DNA from: the human T2T-CHM13v2.0 reference genome, Homo sapiens
NCBI RefSeq assembly: GCF_009914755.1
Contig: NC_060937.1
Length of the DNA: 64,000 nt
Direction: 5' to 3' (one strand)
The notes below the pieces were generated by a model, which worked only from the letters and a program-made list of their open reading frames with translations, was not told the DNA's origin and made no database searches. Of this stretch, positions 58,001-64,000 are shown piece after piece (the stretch's first letter is position 1; each line of letters opens with the position of its first letter). A program made the translations under genes and the position numbers.

Positions 58001-61000
58001 ACATCAAATATATATTTTATTCTGTACATAAAATATCAAAGTACACCAGATATATATTCTATAGTGTACATAAAATATCAAAGTACCCAAACTACAAATT
58101 TTATACTTTACATAAAATATGAAATTACATCAAATATATATTAGGTACATAAAATATGAAAGTATATCAAATATAGATTATATACTGTACATAAAATATC
58201 AAAGTACCCCAAATATATATTATATACTCTACATGAAATATCAAAGTTCACAAACTATATATTATATACTGTACATAAAATATCAAAGTACCCAAGGTAT
58301 ATATTCTATATTGTACAAAAAATATCAAAGTACCCAAAGCATCTGTTATATACTGTATATAAAATATGAAAGTACATCAAATATATATTTTATTCTGTAC
58401 ATAAAATATCAAAGTACACCAGATATATATTCTATAGTGTACATAAAATATCAAAGTACACAAACTATACATTATATACTGTACATAAAATATGAAATTA
58501 CATCAAATATATATTAGGTACATAAAATATGAAAGTACATCAAACATAGATTATATACTGTACATAAAATATCAAAGTACCCGAAATATATATTATATAC
58601 TGTATATGAAATATCAAAGTTCACAAACTATATATTATATACTGTAAATAAAATATCAAAGTACCCAAGGTATATGTTCTATACTGTACAAAAAATATCA
58701 AAGTACCCAAAGCATGTATTATATACTGTACATAAAATATGAAAGTACATCAAATATATATTTTATTCCATACATAAAATATCAAAGTACACCAGATATA
58801 TATTCTATAGTGTACATAAAATATCAAAGTTCCCAAACTATACATTATATAATGTACATAAAATATGAAATTACATCAAATATATATTAGGTACATAAAA
58901 TATGAAAGTACATCAAATATAGATTATATACTGTACATAAAATATCAAAGTACCCCAAATATATTTTATATACTGTACATGAAATATCAAATTTCACAAA
59001 CTATATATTATATACTGTACATAAAATATCAAAGTACCCAAAGTATATATTCTATACTGTACAAAAAATATCAAAGTACCCAAAGCATGTATTATATACT
59101 GTACATAAAATATGAAAGTACATCAAATATGTATTTTATTCTGTACATAGAATATGAAAGTACACCAGATATATATTCTATAGTGTACATAATATAACAA
59201 AGTACACAAACTATACATTATATACTGTACATAAAATATGAAATTACATCAAATATATATTAGGTACATAAAATATGAAAGTACATCAAATATAGATTAT
59301 ATACTGTACATAAAATATCAAAGTACCCCAAATATATATTATATAATGTACATGAAATATCAAAGTTCACAAACCATATATTATATACTGTACATAAAAT
59401 ATCAAAGTACCCAAGGTATATATTCTATACTGTACAAAAAATATCAAAGTACCCAAAGCATGTATTATATACTGTACATAAAATATGAAATTACATCATA
59501 TATATATTTTATTCTGTACATAAAATATCAAAGTACACCAGATATATATTCTATAGTGTACATAAAATATCAAAGTACCCAATCTATACATTATATACTG
59601 TACATAAAATATGAAATTACATCAAATATATATTAGGTACATAAAATATGAATGTACATCAAATATAGATTATATACTGTACATAAAATATCAAAGTACC
59701 CTAAATATATATTATATACTCTACAAGAAATATCAAAGTTCACACACTATATATTATATACTGTACATAAAATATCAAAGTACCCAAGGTATATATTGTA
59801 TACTGTACAAAAAATATCAAAGAACCCAAACCATGTATTATATACTGTACATAAAATATGAAAGTACATCAAATATATATTTTATTCTGTATATAAAATA
59901 TCAAAGTACACCAGATATATATTCTATAGTGTACATAAAATAACAAAGTACGCAAACTATACATTATATACTGTACATAAAATATGAAATTACATCAAAT
60001 ATATATTAGGTACATAAAATATGAAAGTACATCAAATATAGATTATATACTGTACATAAAATATCAATGTACCCCAAATATATATTTTATACTCTACATG
60101 AAATATCAAAGTTCACAAACCATATATTATATACTGTACATAAAATATCAAAGTACCCAAGGTATATATTCTATACTGTACAAAAAATATCAAAGTACCC
60201 AAAGCATGTATTATATACTGTACATAAAATATGAAATTACATCAAATATATATTTTATTCTGTACATAAAATATCAAAGTACACCTGATATATATTCTAT
60301 AGTGTACATAAAATATCAAAGTACCCAAACTACAAATTTTATACTTTACATAAAATATGAAATTACATCAAATATATATTAGGTACATAAAATATGAATG
60401 TACATCAAATATAGATTATACACTGTACATAAAATATCAAAGTACCCCAAATATATATTATATACTCTACATGAAATATCAAAGTTCACAAACCATATAT
60501 TATATACTGTACGTAAAATATCAAAGTACCCAAGGTATATATTCTATACTGTACAAAAAATATCAAAGTACCCAAAGCATGTATTATATACTGTACATAA
60601 AATATGAAAGTATATCAAATATATATTTTATTGTGTACATAAAATATCAAAGTACACCAGATATATATTCTATAGTGTACATAAAATATCAAAGTACCCA
60701 AACTATACATTATATACTGTACATAAAATATGAAATTACATCAAATATATATTATATTAGGTACATAAAATATGAAAGTACATCAAATATAGATTATATA
60801 CTGTACATAAAATATCAAAGTACCCCAAATATATATTATATACTCTACATGAAATATCAAAGTTCACAAGCTATATATTATATACTGTACATAAAATATC
60901 AAAGTACCCAAGGTATATATTCTATAATGTACAAAAAATATCAAAGTACCCAAAGCGTGTATTATATACTGTATATAAAATATGAAAGTACATCAAATAT

Positions 61001-62699
61001 ATATTTAATTCTGTACATAAAATATCAAAGTACACCAGATATATATTCTATAGTGTACATAAAATATCAAAGTACCCAAACTATACATTATATACTGTAC
61101 ATAAAATATGAAATTACATCAAATATATATTATATTAGGTACATAAAATATGAAAGTACATCAAATATAGATTATATACTGTACATTAAATACCAAAGTA
61201 CCCCAAATATATATTTTATACTCTAAATGAAATATCAAAGTTCACAAACTATATATTATATACTGTACATAAAATATCAAAGTACCCAAGGTATATATTC
61301 TATACTGTACAAAAAATATCAAAGTACCCAAAGCATGTATTATATACTGTACCTAAAATATGAAAGTACATCAAATATATATTTTATTCTGTACATAAAA
61401 TATCAAAGTACACCAGATATATATTCTATAGTGTACATAAAATATCAAAGTACCCAAACTATACATTATATACTGTACATAAAATATGAAATTACATCAA
61501 ATATATATTATATTAGGTACATAAAATATGAAAGTACATCAAATATAGATTATACACTGTACATAAAATATCAAAGTACCCCAAATATATATTATATACT
61601 CTACATGAAATATCAAAGTTCACAAACAATATATTATATACTGTACATAAAATAAAGTCCCCAAGGTATATATTCTATACTGTAGAAAAAATATCAAAGT
61701 ACCCAAAGCAAGTATTATATACTGTATATAAAATATGAAAGTACATCAAATATATATTTTATTCTGTACATAATATATCAAAGTACACCAGATATATATT
61801 CTATAGTGTACATAAAATAACAAAGTACACAAACTATACATTATATACTGTACATAAAATATGAAATTACATCAAATATATTTTATATTAGGTACATAAA
61901 ATATGAAAGTACATCAAATATAGATTATATACTGTACATTAAATACCAAAGTACCCCAAATATATATTTTATACTATACATGAAATATCAAAGTTCACAA
62001 ACTACATATTATACACTGTACATATAATATCAAAGTACCCAAGGTATATATTCTATACTGTACAAAAAATAACAAAGTACCAAAATCATGTATAATATAC
62101 TGTACATAAAATATGAAAGTATATCAAATATATATTTTATTCTGTACATAAAATATCAAAGTACACCAGATATATATTCTATAGTGTACATAAAATATCA
62201 AAGTACCCAAACTATACATTATTTACTGTAAATAAAATATGAAATTACATCAAATATATTTTATATTAGGTACATAAAATATGAAAGTACATCAAATATA
62301 GATTATATACTGTACATTAAATACCAAAGTACCCCAAATATATATTTTATACTGTACATGAAATATCAAAGTTCACAAACTATATATTATATAGTGTACA
62401 TAAATTATCAAAGTACCCAAGGTATATATTCTATACTGTACAAAAAATATCAAAGTACCCAAAGCATGTATTATATACTGTACATAAAATATGATAGTAC
62501 ACCAAATATATATTTTATTCTGTACATAATATATCAAAGTACACCAGATATATATTCTATAGTGTACATAAAATATCAAAGTACCCAAACTATACATTAT
62601 ATACTGTACATAAAATATGAAATTACATCAAATATATATTATATTAGGTACATAAAATATGAAAGTACATCAAATATAGATTATATACTGTACATAAAA

Positions 62700-64000
62700 T
62701 ATCAAAGTACCCAAGGTATATATTCTATACTGTACAAAAATATCAATGTACCCAAAGCGTGTATTATGTACTGTATATAAAATATGAAAGTACATCAAAT
62801 ATATATTTTATTCTGTACATAAAATATCAAAGTACACTAGATATATATTTTATAGTGTACATAAAATATCAAATTACCGAAACTATACATTATATTGTGT
62901 ACATAAAAAATGAAATTACATCAAATATATATTATATTAGGTACGTAAAATATGAAAGTACATCAAATATAGATTATATACTGTATATAAAATATAAAAG
63001 AACCCCAAATATATATTATATACTGTACATGAAATATCAAAGATCACAAACTATATATTATATACTGTACATAAAATATGAATATACCCAAGGTATATAT
63101 TCTATACTGTACAAAAAATGTCAAAGTACCCAAAGCATGTATTATATACTGTACATAAAATATGTCACTACATCAAATATATATTTAATTCTGTACATAA
63201 AATAACAAAGTACACCAGATATATATTTTATAGTGTACATAAAATATCAAAATAGCCAAAGTATACATTATAAACTGTACATAAAATCTGAAAGTACATC
63301 AAATATAGATAATTAACTGTAGATAAAATATCAAAGTACCCCAAATATATATTATATACTGTACATGAGATATCAAACTTCACAAACTATATATTATATA
63401 CTGTAGATAAAATATCAAAGTACCCAAGGTATATATTCTATACTGTACAAAAAATATCAAAGTACCCAAAATATGTATTATATACTGTATATAAAATATG
63501 AAAGTACATCAAATATAAATTTTATTCTGTACATAAAATATCAAAGTACACCAGATATATATTTTATAGTGTACATAAAATATCAAAGACCCAAACTATA
63601 CATTATATACTGTACATAAAATATGAAATTACATCAAATATATATTATATTAGGTACATAAAATATGAAAGTACATAAAATATAGATGATATACTGTACA
63701 TAAAATATCAAAGTAGCCCAAAGATATATTATACAGTGTACATGAAATATCAAAATTTACAAAATATATATTATATAATGTACATAAAATATCAAAGTAC
63801 CCAAAGCAAGTATTATATACTGTACATAAAAGATGAAAGTACATCAAATATATATTTTATTCTGTACGTAAAATATCAAAGTACACCAGATATATATTTT
63901 ATAGTGTACATAAAATATCAAGGTACCCAAATTATACATTATATACTGTACATAAAATATGAAAGTACATCAAATATATATTATATTAGTTACCTAAAAT
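62700..64000 (+). repeat. Diverged HSat1A layer with broken 9-mer order
   Basis: Many singleton substitutions (e.g. AATAGCCAAAGT ~63251, GATAATTAACTGTAG ~63308, AGTAGCCCAAAG ~63712, AAAATTTAC ~63752) and three whole-monomer losses. Confidence 0.85.

Larger units (their letters stand above)
1..64000 (+). repeat. HSat1A (classical human satellite 1 / SAR) tandem array, 42-bp monomer, about 1,500 monomers; open at both window edges
   Basis: Seen: ACATAAAATAT recurs at 29, 71, 113 (42-bp period) and throughout the window; GTAC at 27, 44, 69 gives alternating 17/25-bp spacing; consensus lacks CpG. Known: a 42-bp AT-rich unit cut by RsaI into 17- and 25-bp pieces with 378-bp periodicity defines HSat1A. 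Confidence 0.96.

Noticed and set aside
25-63847. All ORFs in the six-frame track (Y/I/K/Q/S/T-rich 14-aa repeats)
   Set aside because: 42 and 378 are multiples of 3 and one frame of the consensus lacks stops. ORF limits coincide with the 5-bp deletion and TAA/TAG-creating variants. There is no unique domain or evidence of codon-level constraint.
1-64000. CRISPR array (conserved TGTACATAAAATATCAAAGTAC with variable intervening sequence)
   Set aside because: The intervening segments are only about 20 bp, are homologous to each other and cycle every nine monomers. There are no unique spacers, leader or cas genes.
1-64000. Alpha satellite, HSat1B, HSat2/3 or telomeric repeat
   Set aside because: No 171-bp period or CENP-B box, no Alu-containing ~2.4-kb unit, and no CATTC or TTAGGG arrays. 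TTAGG occurs only once per unit.

Overview
The whole 64 kb window is one uninterrupted, single-orientation, AT-rich (roughly 78-80% by eye) tandem satellite array. Its 42-bp monomer (ACATAAAATATCAAAGTACCCAAACTATACATTATATACTGT-like, two GTAC/RsaI sites spaced 17 and 25 bp) is organised as a 9-monomer 378-bp unit, with a frequent 373-bp variant. This matches human/hominid classical satellite HSat1A (RepeatMasker SAR), known from centromeric/pericentromeric regions and acrocentric short arms. The chromosome and species cannot be fixed from the window alone. I see no genes, transposons, RNA genes or CRISPR array. All ORFs in the track are artefacts of a 42-bp (14-codon) repeat with one mostly stop-free frame. 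The real structure is evolutionary: linked variant subtypes, a recurring ~2626-bp 7-unit super-repeat, tandem duplications of 5213, 2623, 1871 and 1502 bp, whole-monomer slips, and a more diverged layer at the 3' end. I found no demonstrable new biological system. The most testable functional lead is that the A-rich strand carries about six perfect Pumilio response elements (UGUANAUA) per 378 bp. Monomers are labelled M1-M9 by their translated tags: M1 PDIYS, M2 QTIHY, M3 EITSN, M4 SNIDY, M5 TPNIY, M6 SSQTI, M7 QGIYS, M8 QSMYY, M9 SNIYF. Block boundaries were read by eye and are approximate.
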